Origin: Arenicellales bacterium
Lineage (GTDB): Bacteria > Pseudomonadota > Gammaproteobacteria > Arenicellales > Poriferihabitantaceae
NCBI GenBank assembly: GCA_965200715.1
Contig: OZ241374.1
Location: 467,972-531,971, forward strand
Length of the DNA stretch: 64,000 bases
Direction of reading: 5' to 3'
The notes under the pieces are model-generated. The model ran no database searches, had not been told where the DNA came from, and saw only the letters and a list, made by a program, of their open reading frames with translations. Shown one piece after another: positions 44,207 to 52,473 of the stretch. Every line of letters starts with the position of its first letter. Positions within the stretch are counted from its first letter, which is position 1. The translations under genes and the position numbers were made by a program.

Positions 44207-44818
44207 ATGACAGATGAAGATGTCGAAATGACAGAAGAAAATGTCAATACCAAGAGGCGCCTGCTAACAATTGCAACGACCGGTTTTGGTCTTGCCGGTG
44301 CAGCTGGATTAGCTGTTCCATTTGCAGGAAGTTTACTACCGAGTGAGAGAGCAAAAGCGGCTGGCGCCCCAATTGAAGTCGATATCAGCAAACTAGAACC
44401 AGGCCAGCAAGTCACAGTTGAATGGCGTGGCAAGCCAGTCTGGATTATTCAACGCACACCGGAGGCACTGGAATTATTGCAAGGTATGGCCGATCGGTTG
44501 ATTGATCCTGATTCCAACAGCAACCAACAACCCGAATATGCACAAAACCCCACCCGTTCTATTCGCCAAGATATTCTGGTATTGGTCGGCATCTGTACAC
44601 ATCTTGGCTGTTCACCACAATATCATCCCGAGATTGGTAGTGTAACCTTTGATGAGGATTGGCGTGGTGGTTTCTTGTGCGTTTGTCATGGTTCCAAATT
44701 TGATCTTGCAGGGCGTGTTTATGCGGGCGTGCCGGCACCCACTAATCTCGAAGTACCACCACATCGTTATCTTGATGATAATCGAATTCTGATCGGATTA
44801 GATCAGGAGGCATCATGA
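44207..44818 (+). CDS. petA: Ubiquinol-cytochrome c reductase Rieske iron-sulfur subunit
   Basis: Tat-like N-terminus (KRRLLTIATTGFG). Rieske boxes CTHLGC and CVCHGS. Start set at ATG 44207, preceded by AGAGG. Confidence 0.93.
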   Translation: MTDEDVEMTEENVNTKRRLLTIATTGFGLAGAAGLAVPFAGSLLPSERAKAAGAPIEVDISKLEPGQQVTVEWRGKPVWIIQRTPEALELLQGMADRLIDPDSNSNQQPEYAQNPTRSIRQDILVLVGICTHLGCSPQYHPEIGSVTFDEDWRGGFLCVCHGSKFDLAGRVYAGVPAPTNLEVPPHRYLDDNRILIGLDQEAS

Positions 44819-46230
44819 AAGCTTTGATGCAATGGATTGATGAACGGTTCCCGCTGAGTAGCGTTGTTCGGGAACACATTACTGAATATTACGCACCAAA
44901 AAATTTCAACTTCTGGTACTTTTTTGGCAGTTTGGCCACGCTGGTCTTGGTGTTGCAGATTGTGACCGGAATTCTGTTGGCAATGAATTACAAGCCGGAT
45001 GCTGATCTTGCATTCGCGTCTGTCGAGTACATTATGCGGGATGTATGGGGAGGTTGGTTTGTACGCTATATGCATTCAACAGGCGCATCGATGTTTTTTG
45101 TTGTCATTTACCTGCATATGTTCAGAGCTCTTATGTATGGGTCATATCGTAGCCCACGGGAATTGATCTGGATAATTGGTATGGTCATTTATTTAGCCAT
45201 GATGGTGTCTGCGTTTTTGGGTTACTTGTTGCCATGGGGGCAGATGTCTTACTGGGGTGCTCAGGTCATTGTGAACTTGTTTGAGACCCTGCCGATCATC
45301 GGTGGCCCGCTTTCCGAATGGATACGTGGTGATTATGTTATTTCTGATATCACCTTGAACCGATTCTATGCCTTGCATTACTTAGTTCCGTTTATTCTGG
45401 CTGGGTTGGTTTTTCTACATCTGGTGGCATTACACAAGACCGGCTCGAACAATCCAGACGGAATCGAGATTAAAAAAGGTCCGAAAGGCAATCGCTGGAG
45501 CGATAGTGCACCAAAAGATGGTATTCCATTTCATCCGTACTATACGGTTAAAGATCTTTTGGGAGCCGTTGTGTTCATGGCGATCTTCTTGGCAATTGTA
45601 TTTTTCATGCCAGAAATGTTTGGCTTTTTTATTGAAAAACCTAACTTTGAACCAGCAAATCCCCTGAAGACCCCTGAACATATTGCGCCCGTTTGGTACT
45701 TCACACCGTATTATGCGATCTTGAGAGCGATCCCGAGTTTCGCCGGAACGCAGGTATGGGGGGTATTAGCGATGTTTATCTCGATTGCTTTATTTTTTGT
45801 ATTGCCCTGGCTGGATCGAAGTCCAGTACGATCGGTTCGCTACAAAGGGCCAACTACCCGCTTGGCACTTGGCCTTTTCGTGATTACATTCCTAGTGTTA
45901 GGCTGGTTAGGAATTCAGCCTCCAACCACTAGTCTCACGATTATGTCGCAGTTTTTTACTTTGTTATATATGCTCTTTTTTTTGCTATTCCCATGTTTTA
46001 GTTCAGCAGGTCAACCGTTACCTCTATTTGCGAAGGGATTACTCGCGATATCGATTTTTTCGGTACTTGCAACGATTGTATATTGGTGGTTTCTATGGAG
46101 CGGCGGACCAACATTCACGCAAAAAATAAGCTATACGGCATTGACAGTTTTGGTGTTGTACTTGCTGGGTATCAAACCTCTCATTAAACCAGAACTAACC
46201 AAAACAGTCCCAGAGAGGTTGACCAAATGA
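44815..46230 (+). CDS. petB: Cytochrome b (bc1 complex) with a C-terminal extension
   Basis: Canonical cytochrome b N-terminus (NFNFWYFFGSLA, RYMHSTGASMFF, WGQMSYWGAQVI, PEWYF-like PVWYFTPYY). 471 aa is longer than the roughly 400-430 aa I expect. Confidence 0.93.
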   Translation: MKALMQWIDERFPLSSVVREHITEYYAPKNFNFWYFFGSLATLVLVLQIVTGILLAMNYKPDADLAFASVEYIMRDVWGGWFVRYMHSTGASMFFVVIYLHMFRALMYGSYRSPRELIWIIGMVIYLAMMVSAFLGYLLPWGQMSYWGAQVIVNLFETLPIIGGPLSEWIRGDYVISDITLNRFYALHYLVPFILAGLVFLHLVALHKTGSNNPDGIEIKKGPKGNRWSDSAPKDGIPFHPYYTVKDLLGAVVFMAIFLAIVFFMPEMFGFFIEKPNFEPANPLKTPEHIAPVWYFTPYYAILRAIPSFAGTQVWGVLAMFISIALFFVLPWLDRSPVRSVRYKGPTTRLALGLFVITFLVLGWLGIQPPTTSLTIMSQFFTLLYMLFFLLFPCFSSAGQPLPLFAKGLLAISIFSVLATIVYWWFLWSGGPTFTQKISYTALTVLVLYLLGIKPLIKPELTKTVPERLTK

Positions 46231-46973
46231 AATATCGTTCATTATTATTGATCGTTGTTTTTCTGATGCCTGTTTCCCTACAAGCAGCGAGTGGATATGA
46301 TGTTAAGCTAGACCATTATGAGTATAGTGATAAGGACAAGAATTCCTTGCAAAGCGGCGCACGTCTTTTTGTTAACTATTGTCTTTCATGTCATAGCGCC
46401 CATTTCATGCGCTATAACCGGATGGCTAGAGATCTTGGCATCCCTGAACAAGTAGTTCGGGATAACATGATTTTTGATGATCGTAAAGTTGCCGACCCAA
46501 TGACCACTACATTCAGCACAGAGGATGGAGAGGAATGGTTTGGGATTGCTCCTCCCGATCTAAGTTTAATTGGGAAGTTGCGAGATCCCGACTGGCTTTA
46601 TACCTTCTTACGCTCTTTCTACAAAGATGATTCCACGGTAAGTGGATGGAATAACTCAGTATTCCCCAATGTAGCAATGCCTCATGCGATGTGGACCAAA
46701 CAGGGAATTCAAAAGCCGATTTATACAACATCAGTTAATGATGCCGGTTATGAGACCAAGAAAATTACCGGGTTTGAATTGGTTCGTGATGGAACGATGA
46801 CGCAGGAAGAGTTCGATCATGCGATGGAAGATTTAACGAACTTTCTCTATTACATGGCTGAGCCCAACCGGCAAGATCGAATACAGTGGGGTGTCTGGAC
46901 GATGTTTTTTCTACTTGTTTTTGCCGTAGTGGCCTGGTTTTTAAAGAAGGAGTTTTGGCGTGATGTCCATTGA
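46227..46973 (+). CDS. petC: Cytochrome c1
   Basis: Signal peptide, CLSCHS haem motif, C-terminal TM anchor (WTMFFLLVFAVVAWFL). Third gene of petABC. Confidence 0.92.
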   Translation: MKYRSLLLIVVFLMPVSLQAASGYDVKLDHYEYSDKDKNSLQSGARLFVNYCLSCHSAHFMRYNRMARDLGIPEQVVRDNMIFDDRKVADPMTTTFSTEDGEEWFGIAPPDLSLIGKLRDPDWLYTFLRSFYKDDSTVSGWNNSVFPNVAMPHAMWTKQGIQKPIYTTSVNDAGYETKKITGFELVRDGTMTQEEFDHAMEDLTNFLYYMAEPNRQDRIQWGVWTMFFLLVFAVVAWFLKKEFWRDVH

Positions 46974-47625
46974 AAATAACCAAGTGGATGATAATTTAGA
47001 AATTTCGGAGATGGATCGAAGGTCTTCGATGACCTTGTTATCCGATCCAGCCGATATATTTTGCCATTGCTGTCGAGCGGCACTGTATGAGAAAGATATC
47101 GAGCTCAAGGTAGAATATGTGTCTGAAGATGAAGATGCAGAACGCATTAGTACGCACAATCCATTCCTTGAACTTCCGGTTCTGATTGACCGTGAAATTT
47201 CGTTGTATGATATGTCAGTTATTACGGAATATCTCGATGAGCGATATCCCTATCCACCGTTGATGCCGGTTGATCCAGTTGTTCGTGCCAAGGCCCGCTT
47301 GCTCATTTACCGCATGACCCGTGATTGGTTGAATCCACTGCATAATCTAGGCACAGGATTATTGCGAAAATTACCGGACTCATTAAAGAAGAGTCTACTT
47401 GCTGGATTTGTTTCGATGGCTGAAATTGTGCAGGATCAGGAGTATTTTCTGGGCCCTGAATATTCTCTGGTTGATGCTTATATGGGCCCATTGTTGTGGC
47501 GTTTACCAAATATGGATATTGAGTTGCCCACCTCGGCAAATCCGATACTCAAATATTCTCAGAATCTTTTTAAGCGAGAATCATTCCAGCAAAGCCTGAG
47601 TGAAGTTGAAAGAGCGATGCGTTGA
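46960..47625 (+). CDS. sspA: Stringent starvation protein A
   Basis: RSSMTLLSDPADIFCHCCRAALYEKDIE..., VITEYLDERYPYPPLMPVDPVVRAKARL closely parallels E. coli SspA (RSVMTLFSGPTDIYSH..., IMEYLDERFPHPPLMPVYPV). The exact start is uncertain (GTG 46960 or a later ATG). Confidence 0.92.
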   Translation: MMSIENNQVDDNLEISEMDRRSSMTLLSDPADIFCHCCRAALYEKDIELKVEYVSEDEDAERISTHNPFLELPVLIDREISLYDMSVITEYLDERYPYPPLMPVDPVVRAKARLLIYRMTRDWLNPLHNLGTGLLRKLPDSLKKSLLAGFVSMAEIVQDQEYFLGPEYSLVDAYMGPLLWRLPNMDIELPTSANPILKYSQNLFKRESFQQSLSEVERAMR

Positions 47626-47644
47626 GCTATTTTCTGACAAGAAC

Positions 47645-48097
47645 ATGGTTAACGAGATGAACAAAGATTGCAAAGACGACTCGCCGGTAGGTACAAAGCC
47701 CTACATCATTCGTGCGATCTATGAATGGTCTATGGATCATCATCTTACTGCGCAGATTCTAGTCAATACTGACTATGAAGGAGTCGACGTGCCTGAGCAA
47801 TACATAGAGAACAGCCGAATTATTTTGAATATTCACCCCAATGCAGTCGATCAGTTGGAAATCGGTAACTTTGAGATTACATTTGTGGCGCGTTTTTTGG
47901 GTAAATCAGTTCGGGTCATCATTCCGGTCGCATCGGTAATGGCAATTTACGGTCGGGAAAACGGCCAAGGAGTGGTATTTGAACAGGAACCTCAAGCAGA
48001 GTCTGAGCGAGAACGATCAATTGATGAGAATTTCGTTGATAAAGATACGGAGAAGGGTTCTTCAACAGAAGGCCCACATTTGAAACTGGTCAAGTAA
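47645..48097 (+). CDS. sspB: Stringent starvation protein B (ClpXP adaptor)
   Basis: KPYIIRAIYEWSMDHHLTAQILV..., ILNIHPNAVDQLEI, VMAIYGRENGQG, C-terminal HLKLVK (the ClpX-binding LRVVK-like tail). Confidence 0.92.
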   Translation: MVNEMNKDCKDDSPVGTKPYIIRAIYEWSMDHHLTAQILVNTDYEGVDVPEQYIENSRIILNIHPNAVDQLEIGNFEITFVARFLGKSVRVIIPVASVMAIYGRENGQGVVFEQEPQAESERERSIDENFVDKDTEKGSSTEGPHLKLVK

Positions 48098-48154
48098 GCA
48101 TTCTGCTGGACTGCTTGGTCCCCAAAGCCTAAACTTAAAAAATATTACTTAAAG

Positions 48155-48703
48155 ATGGAGCAATACCATGGCACTACGATATTATCGGTTCGCAAGGGTA
48201 ATCATGTTGTCCTTGGGGGCGATGGCCAGGTTTCTTTAGGCAATACGGTTTTAAAGGGGAACGCACGTAAGGTTCGCCGACTTTATCATGATCGTGTGTT
48301 GGCTGGATTCGCTGGGGGGACTGCTGATGCATTTACCTTATTTGAGAGATTTGAAGCTAAGCTTGAGAAGCATCAGGGACAATTGGTTCGTTCCGCGGTT
48401 GAATTAGCAAAAGACTGGCGGACTGATCGTTTACTCAGAAGATTAGAAGCATTGCTTGCAGTTGCAGATAATGAAGCTTCATTGGTAATTTCTGGAAATG
48501 GAGATGTGATTGAGCCTGAGCAGGGTGTGATGGCCATTGGATCAGGTGGGGACTACGCTAAGGCTGCTTCGATTGCTCTTTTGGAAAATACCAAACTGGA
48601 TGCTGAGGAAATCGTCAGAGCCGGTCTTGATATTGCCTCAAGAATTTGCATATATACCAACAGTAACGTGACCATTGAAGCTCTCGGTCGTCCAGAATCC
48701 TAA
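48155..48703 (+). CDS. hslV: ATP-dependent protease subunit HslV
   Basis: [39 protein letters not shown] gives the N-terminal Thr active site and a canonical HslV sequence. Confidence 0.97.
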   Translation: MEQYHGTTILSVRKGNHVVLGGDGQVSLGNTVLKGNARKVRRLYHDRVLAGFAGGTADAFTLFERFEAKLEKHQGQLVRSAVELAKDWRTDRLLRRLEALLAVADNEASLVISGNGDVIEPEQGVMAIGSGGDYAKAASIALLENTKLDAEEIVRAGLDIASRICIYTNSNVTIEALGRPES

Positions 48704-48731
48704 TCCTGAACCGCCCCAAAGACTCTCAACC

Positions 48732-50054
48732 ATGACTGAAATGACCCCCCGGGAAATTGTCGAGGAACTCGACAAGCATATTGTTGCTCAGAAAGATGCA
48801 AAACGATCGGTTGCGATCGCTCTTCGAAACCGCTGGAGGCGCATGCAACTCGATGAATCTGTGCGTCGGGAAATTACCCCCAAGAATATATTGATGATTG
48901 GGCCAACTGGAGTGGGCAAGACCGAAATTGCGCGTCGCCTTGCGCGACTTGCAAACGCTCCGTTTATCAAGGTTGAGGCTACCAAATTCACGGAAGTGGG
49001 ATATGTAGGTCGGGAGGTTGATTCGATTATTCGGGATTTAATGGATATGTCTATCAAGATGACCCGTGAACAGGCGATGGATAAAGTTATGTCGGTGGCT
49101 GAAGAAGAGGCCGAAGAGAGAGTGCTTGATGCGTTAGTGCCTCCCGGGCGTAAGGAAAATACGGATAATGACAGCGCAGCCCGTCAATTATTTCGGAAAA
49201 AGCTGCGTGAAGGTACTCTTGATGATGAGGAGATTGAAATTGAAGTGAACAATCCGAGTCTTGGTGTGGAAATTATGGCTCCACCTGGCATGGAAGAGAT
49301 GACCAGCCAATTACAGGGGTTGTTCCAGAATCTTTCAGGTCAAAAAACATCCAAGCGTAAGATGCGGGTTAGTGAGGCAGTCAAGATCATGACTGAGACA
49401 GCGGCTTCTAATTTGATTAATGATGAAGATATCAAGGCTCTGGCTCTTGAGAAAGTGGAACAAAACGGTATTGTTTTCCTTGACGAGATTGACAAAATCG
49501 TTGGCCGGTCGAGTGAGGGGCAGCGGGGAGTGGATGTATCGAGAGAGGGTGTACAACGCGACTTATTGCCTTTGGTTGAAGGATCTACTGTTTCCACCAA
49601 ATATGGGATGGTCAAGACCGATCACATACTATTCATCGCATCGGGTGCCTTTCAACTAGCAAAGCCATCGGATTTGATCCCTGAATTGCAGGGCCGTTTG
49701 CCTATCCGTGTCGAACTTCGCGCACTGGCTATCGATGATTTTGTTCGGATTTTGACCGAACCAGATGTATCTTTGACCGAGCAGTATATTGCGCTAATGA
49801 ATACCGAAGGAGTACGATTGGTATTTACTCCTGAGGCAATAAGGCGAATTGCCGAGATCGCTTGGCAAGTGAATGAACAAACAGAAAATATTGGAGCGCG
49901 CAGATTGCATACAGTAATGGAACGTTTACTGGAAGTGATTTCATTTGAAGCAGCAGACAGCTTTGGCCAGAAAGTTGAGATTGATGTTGAATACGTGGAT
50001 CGTTATTTGAACGAGTTGGCTGAAGATCAGGATCTGTCTCGCTATATTTTGTAA
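48732..50054 (+). CDS. hslU: ATP-dependent protease ATPase subunit HslU
   Basis: [20 protein letters not shown]..., [24 protein letters not shown]-terminal DLSRYIL. Start set at ATG 48732. Confidence 0.97.
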   Translation: MTEMTPREIVEELDKHIVAQKDAKRSVAIALRNRWRRMQLDESVRREITPKNILMIGPTGVGKTEIARRLARLANAPFIKVEATKFTEVGYVGREVDSIIRDLMDMSIKMTREQAMDKVMSVAEEEAEERVLDALVPPGRKENTDNDSAARQLFRKKLREGTLDDEEIEIEVNNPSLGVEIMAPPGMEEMTSQLQGLFQNLSGQKTSKRKMRVSEAVKIMTETAASNLINDEDIKALALEKVEQNGIVFLDEIDKIVGRSSEGQRGVDVSREGVQRDLLPLVEGSTVSTKYGMVKTDHILFIASGAFQLAKPSDLIPELQGRLPIRVELRALAIDDFVRILTEPDVSLTEQYIALMNTEGVRLVFTPEAIRRIAEIAWQVNEQTENIGARRLHTVMERLLEVISFEAADSFGQKVEIDVEYVDRYLNELAEDQDLSRYIL

Positions 50055-50254
50055 GTAGAATCACAACGCTTGTGTTATCTATTTCTTGTGAGTGGATACA
50101 GAAGCAGAGAAACTTGTCGTTTGTGAAACGAGGAGATGAATGGAAAGGGAATTAGACTTAAACGTTCCAAGGGATAACCCATTGATGGCTTTGTCTCGGT
50201 TAACTCGGTCAGAAATAACATGACTGAAACCTGAACAGTATCTATACCAAAGAT

Positions 50255-50270
50255 TGGCACTCGCAATGCC
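50255..50270 (+). promoter_or_regulatory. Sigma-54-like -24/-12 element upstream of rpoH (candidate)
   Basis: TGGCACTCGCAATGCC against the consensus TGGCAC-N5-TTGC. GG and GC have the correct 10-nt spacing, and the -12 box reads ATGC. It lies 50-65 nt upstream of the rpoH ATG and overlaps the inverted repeats GCACTC/GAGTGC and TGGCA/TGCCA. Confidence 0.3.
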
Positions 50271-50319
50271 AGAGTGCTAAAATGACTCCATAACATTAAT
50301 ATTTAGATGAGAATTTACG

Positions 50320-51174
50320 ATGACACAGAGTGTATCAGCTAACTACGATATGGTTGCAAGCGATAATCTTGGAGGATATCTTCGTGCAGTTCATGCTGCA
50401 CCAGTACTGACGGCTGAACAAGAGTATGAACTCGCTACCCGATATCGCAATGAGGCTGATATTGAAGCGGCTCGTCAGCTTGTGGTTTCACACTTGCGAC
50501 ATGTAGTGAAAGTTGCTAGAGGCTTTATGGGATATGGTTTACCCATGGCGGATTTGATTCAGGAAGGAAGCATTGGCCTTATGAAGGCAGTAAAGCGTTT
50601 TGATCCGAGTCGAGATGTGCGTTTGGTATCCTTCGCCGTACATTGGATTCGTGCCGAGATTTATGACTATGTTCTGAAAAACTGGCGTTTGGTTAAAGTT
50701 GCGACAACCAAGGCCCAGCGCAAGTTGTTTTTCAATCTTCGCAAATCCAAACCCAAACTGGGATGGATGAATGATAGTGAAGTTCAGGATATGGCGGCTA
50801 GTCTTGATGTTGATGCAGAGACTGTTCGAGAGATGGAGTCTCGGATGAGCGGTACAGATGTAGCATTTGATGTATTAGCAGAACCCGATCCCGATAAAAC
50901 AACTTTTTCGCCTTCTCAGCATTTGGGTGATATGCGCTACAACCCTGAATCTTTGTTGATGAAAAATGAATATGAGACGGAATCACGTAATCAATTGACC
51001 CAAGCATTGGAACAACTAGATGACCGAAGTAAGGATATTGTGGTTCGACGTTGGTTGAGCGAGGACAAGCCAACATTGCATGATTTAGCAGATGAGTATA
51101 GTGTGTCTGCGGAGCGAATTCGCCAGATTGAAAAACGTGCTATGGAAAAGATGAAGCACGTAATCACAATTTAG
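50320..51174 (+). CDS. rpoH: RNA polymerase sigma-32 factor RpoH
   Basis: 284 aa. Region 2 LIQEGSIGLMKAVKRFDP. RpoH box TKAQRKLFFNLRK. Region 4 HDLADEYSVSAERIRQIEKRAM. Confidence 0.97.
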   Translation: MTQSVSANYDMVASDNLGGYLRAVHAAPVLTAEQEYELATRYRNEADIEAARQLVVSHLRHVVKVARGFMGYGLPMADLIQEGSIGLMKAVKRFDPSRDVRLVSFAVHWIRAEIYDYVLKNWRLVKVATTKAQRKLFFNLRKSKPKLGWMNDSEVQDMAASLDVDAETVREMESRMSGTDVAFDVLAEPDPDKTTFSPSQHLGDMRYNPESLLMKNEYETESRNQLTQALEQLDDRSKDIVVRRWLSEDKPTLHDLADEYSVSAERIRQIEKRAMEKMKHVITI

Positions 51175-51197
51175 TAGAGATTCGGTCAGGGCAATAA

Positions 51198-51223
51198 AGC
51201 CCATATTTCAAGCCCATATTTCG
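51198..51223. repeat. Tandem 13-bp direct repeat (2 copies) just downstream of rpoH
   Basis: AGCCCATATTTCA (51198-51210) followed by AGCCCATATTTCG (51211-51223). Confidence 0.9.
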
Positions 51224-51282
51224 TTATTTACTTATATTGTGGTGTAGACAACATAAGTGTTAGCATACACTACACCATTCAT

Positions 51283-51319
51283 GGCCCGCCGGTATTGACA
51301 GCGCGGGCCACTCTTTTTT
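51283..51319 (+). terminator. Rho-independent terminator downstream of rpoH
   Basis: GGCCCGC (51283-51289) pairs with GCGGGCC (51303-51309), followed by ACTC and T6 (51314-51319). Confidence 0.7.
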
Positions 51320-51729
51320 CTGAATTTGTATTCTGTACCTTGCGTAAATCCGCGTACATACTGTTATTTCCCAATCTATTTCAGAAAGAAGTAGTGGTTT
51401 TGAGCCAAATTAATCCAGTATGATTTTCCTGTATTCTGGCATAAACTGGACTGAGTTGCTTATTTTTTCCAAGCAGTCATTTTCCAGTAGTTCTTATTCA
51501 AGCAACCAGATCGTATATACCCATTGGTTGCGGTGATTCCGAGTACCCGATTCTTGTGATAATGTCGCAACAGAAGGGAGGTTTTCGGAAAGCCTCGGTA
51601 TGATCGCCCCAGTGTGTACGAAAGCTTAGGCTAGGTGCGGAGCAAAAACTCAGAAGAAAAAGAGTAGCCTGTGCGTTAACATCGTCGAGTCGTGAGTGGT
51701 CAAATGCAACAATTTTACGTAGGCAATAC

Positions 51730-51751
51730 AACCGCTCACGAGTGGTTTTTT
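51730..51751 (+). terminator. Short hairpin plus T6, a putative intrinsic terminator at the 3' end of a candidate structured RNA
   Basis: CCGCT (51732-51736), loop CACG, AGTGG (51741-45, one G-U), then TTTTTT (51746-51751). The stem is short, so support is moderate only. Confidence 0.4.
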
Positions 51752-51925
51752 GTGGTCTTGTTTGTATCGTTTTCAGCTTGCTTACATCATTTCACGATAC
51801 ACATATTTTCTTCTTTCTAAGAGTTCTTTGTAGGTTGTTTCTTCGATATCGTCTATAATTTTGTTTATGAGTTCTCGAGCGGTCCAAAATCGTTCATTTG
51901 TATTTATTCGAGATGATTTTGATCA

Positions 51926-52156
51926 ATGCCTACACACTTTGATATCGGAAAAGAGGTCTCTCTGATCGAGATTATCAATCTTCCCGGGGAAGGGTTCGTA
52001 GCTGAATTGCGAATTGAAAATGCATCGTATATGTTTGATAGACGTGGTTTACAGCATCTCATTATTGAGAAACAAAAAATCGGGCTTAACGCGAGTGTCG
52101 AAGAATATGCCCTAGCTCGGATCAATAATTTCAGTTCGGCTTTTGGTGAAAGATAA
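51926..52156 (+). CDS. Hypothetical small protein (76 aa). Coding status uncertain.
   Basis: ORF MPTHFDIGKEVSLIEIINLPGEGFVAELRIENASYMF... has a more protein-like composition than the fully overlapping minus-strand ORF (51904-52170). Weak RBS and no recognisable motif. Confidence 0.3.
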   Translation: MPTHFDIGKEVSLIEIINLPGEGFVAELRIENASYMFDRRGLQHLIIEKQKIGLNASVEEYALARINNFSSAFGER

Positions 52157-52373
52157 TCGGTGGAACTCATAGATCAAATACCGGACTGATCTTTGCATTT
52201 TCTGCGTTTGAACCATGTGTGCTCGAAGTTCATACTTGCACGCTCGTGTTGAATACAGGATCGGATATTTCTGTTTTTTGATCTCGTGATCGTACAGTTG
52301 AAAAACTATCCAATTGTATTCACATACAACTTCCTAAGCGCACTGAATCTTTCATACAAAGGAAAAGTGATCG

Positions 52374-52387
52374 TTTTTTTTTTTTTT
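52374..52387. repeat. Homopolymeric T14 tract
   Basis: 14 consecutive T at 52374-52387 (GATCG-T14-GAAAAA). Confidence 0.95.
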
Positions 52388-52411
52388 GAAAAATTGCCTG
52401 AGATAGACAAG

Positions 52412-52473
52412 TTTAAAATAATATATAAATAATATATATAATATTAATAAATATATAAAATATATATTATATT
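52412..52473. repeat. 62-nt tract containing only A and T (TA-rich low complexity) upstream of the phasin gene
   Basis: TTTAAAATAATATATAAATAATATATATAATATTAATAAATATATAAAATATATATTATATT has no G or C from 52412 to 52473. Confidence 0.95.

Noticed and set aside
51625-51665. GGAGCAAAAACTCAG string resembling the glycine-riboswitch core (…GGAGCAA…CTCAGG…). This was tempting because glycine-generating DMGDH genes are nearby.
   Set aside because: The intervening P3 hairpin, the GGAGAG 5' element and the tandem-aptamer layout are absent, and the downstream gene is not gcvT/gcvP-like. The similarity is too short to count.
51498-51731. 77-aa minus-strand ORF covering the candidate structured RNA region.
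   Set aside because: The composition (Cys/Ser/Phe-rich, e.g. FCSAPSLSFRTHWGDH) is not protein-like, there is no RBS, and it has no homolog-like motif. The region is better explained by + strand RNA structure ending in a terminator.
52412-52473. TA-rich repetitive tract considered as a CRISPR-like or minisatellite array.
   Set aside because: It has no defined repeat unit with unique spacers. It is low-complexity A/T sequence only and is reported as a composition feature instead.
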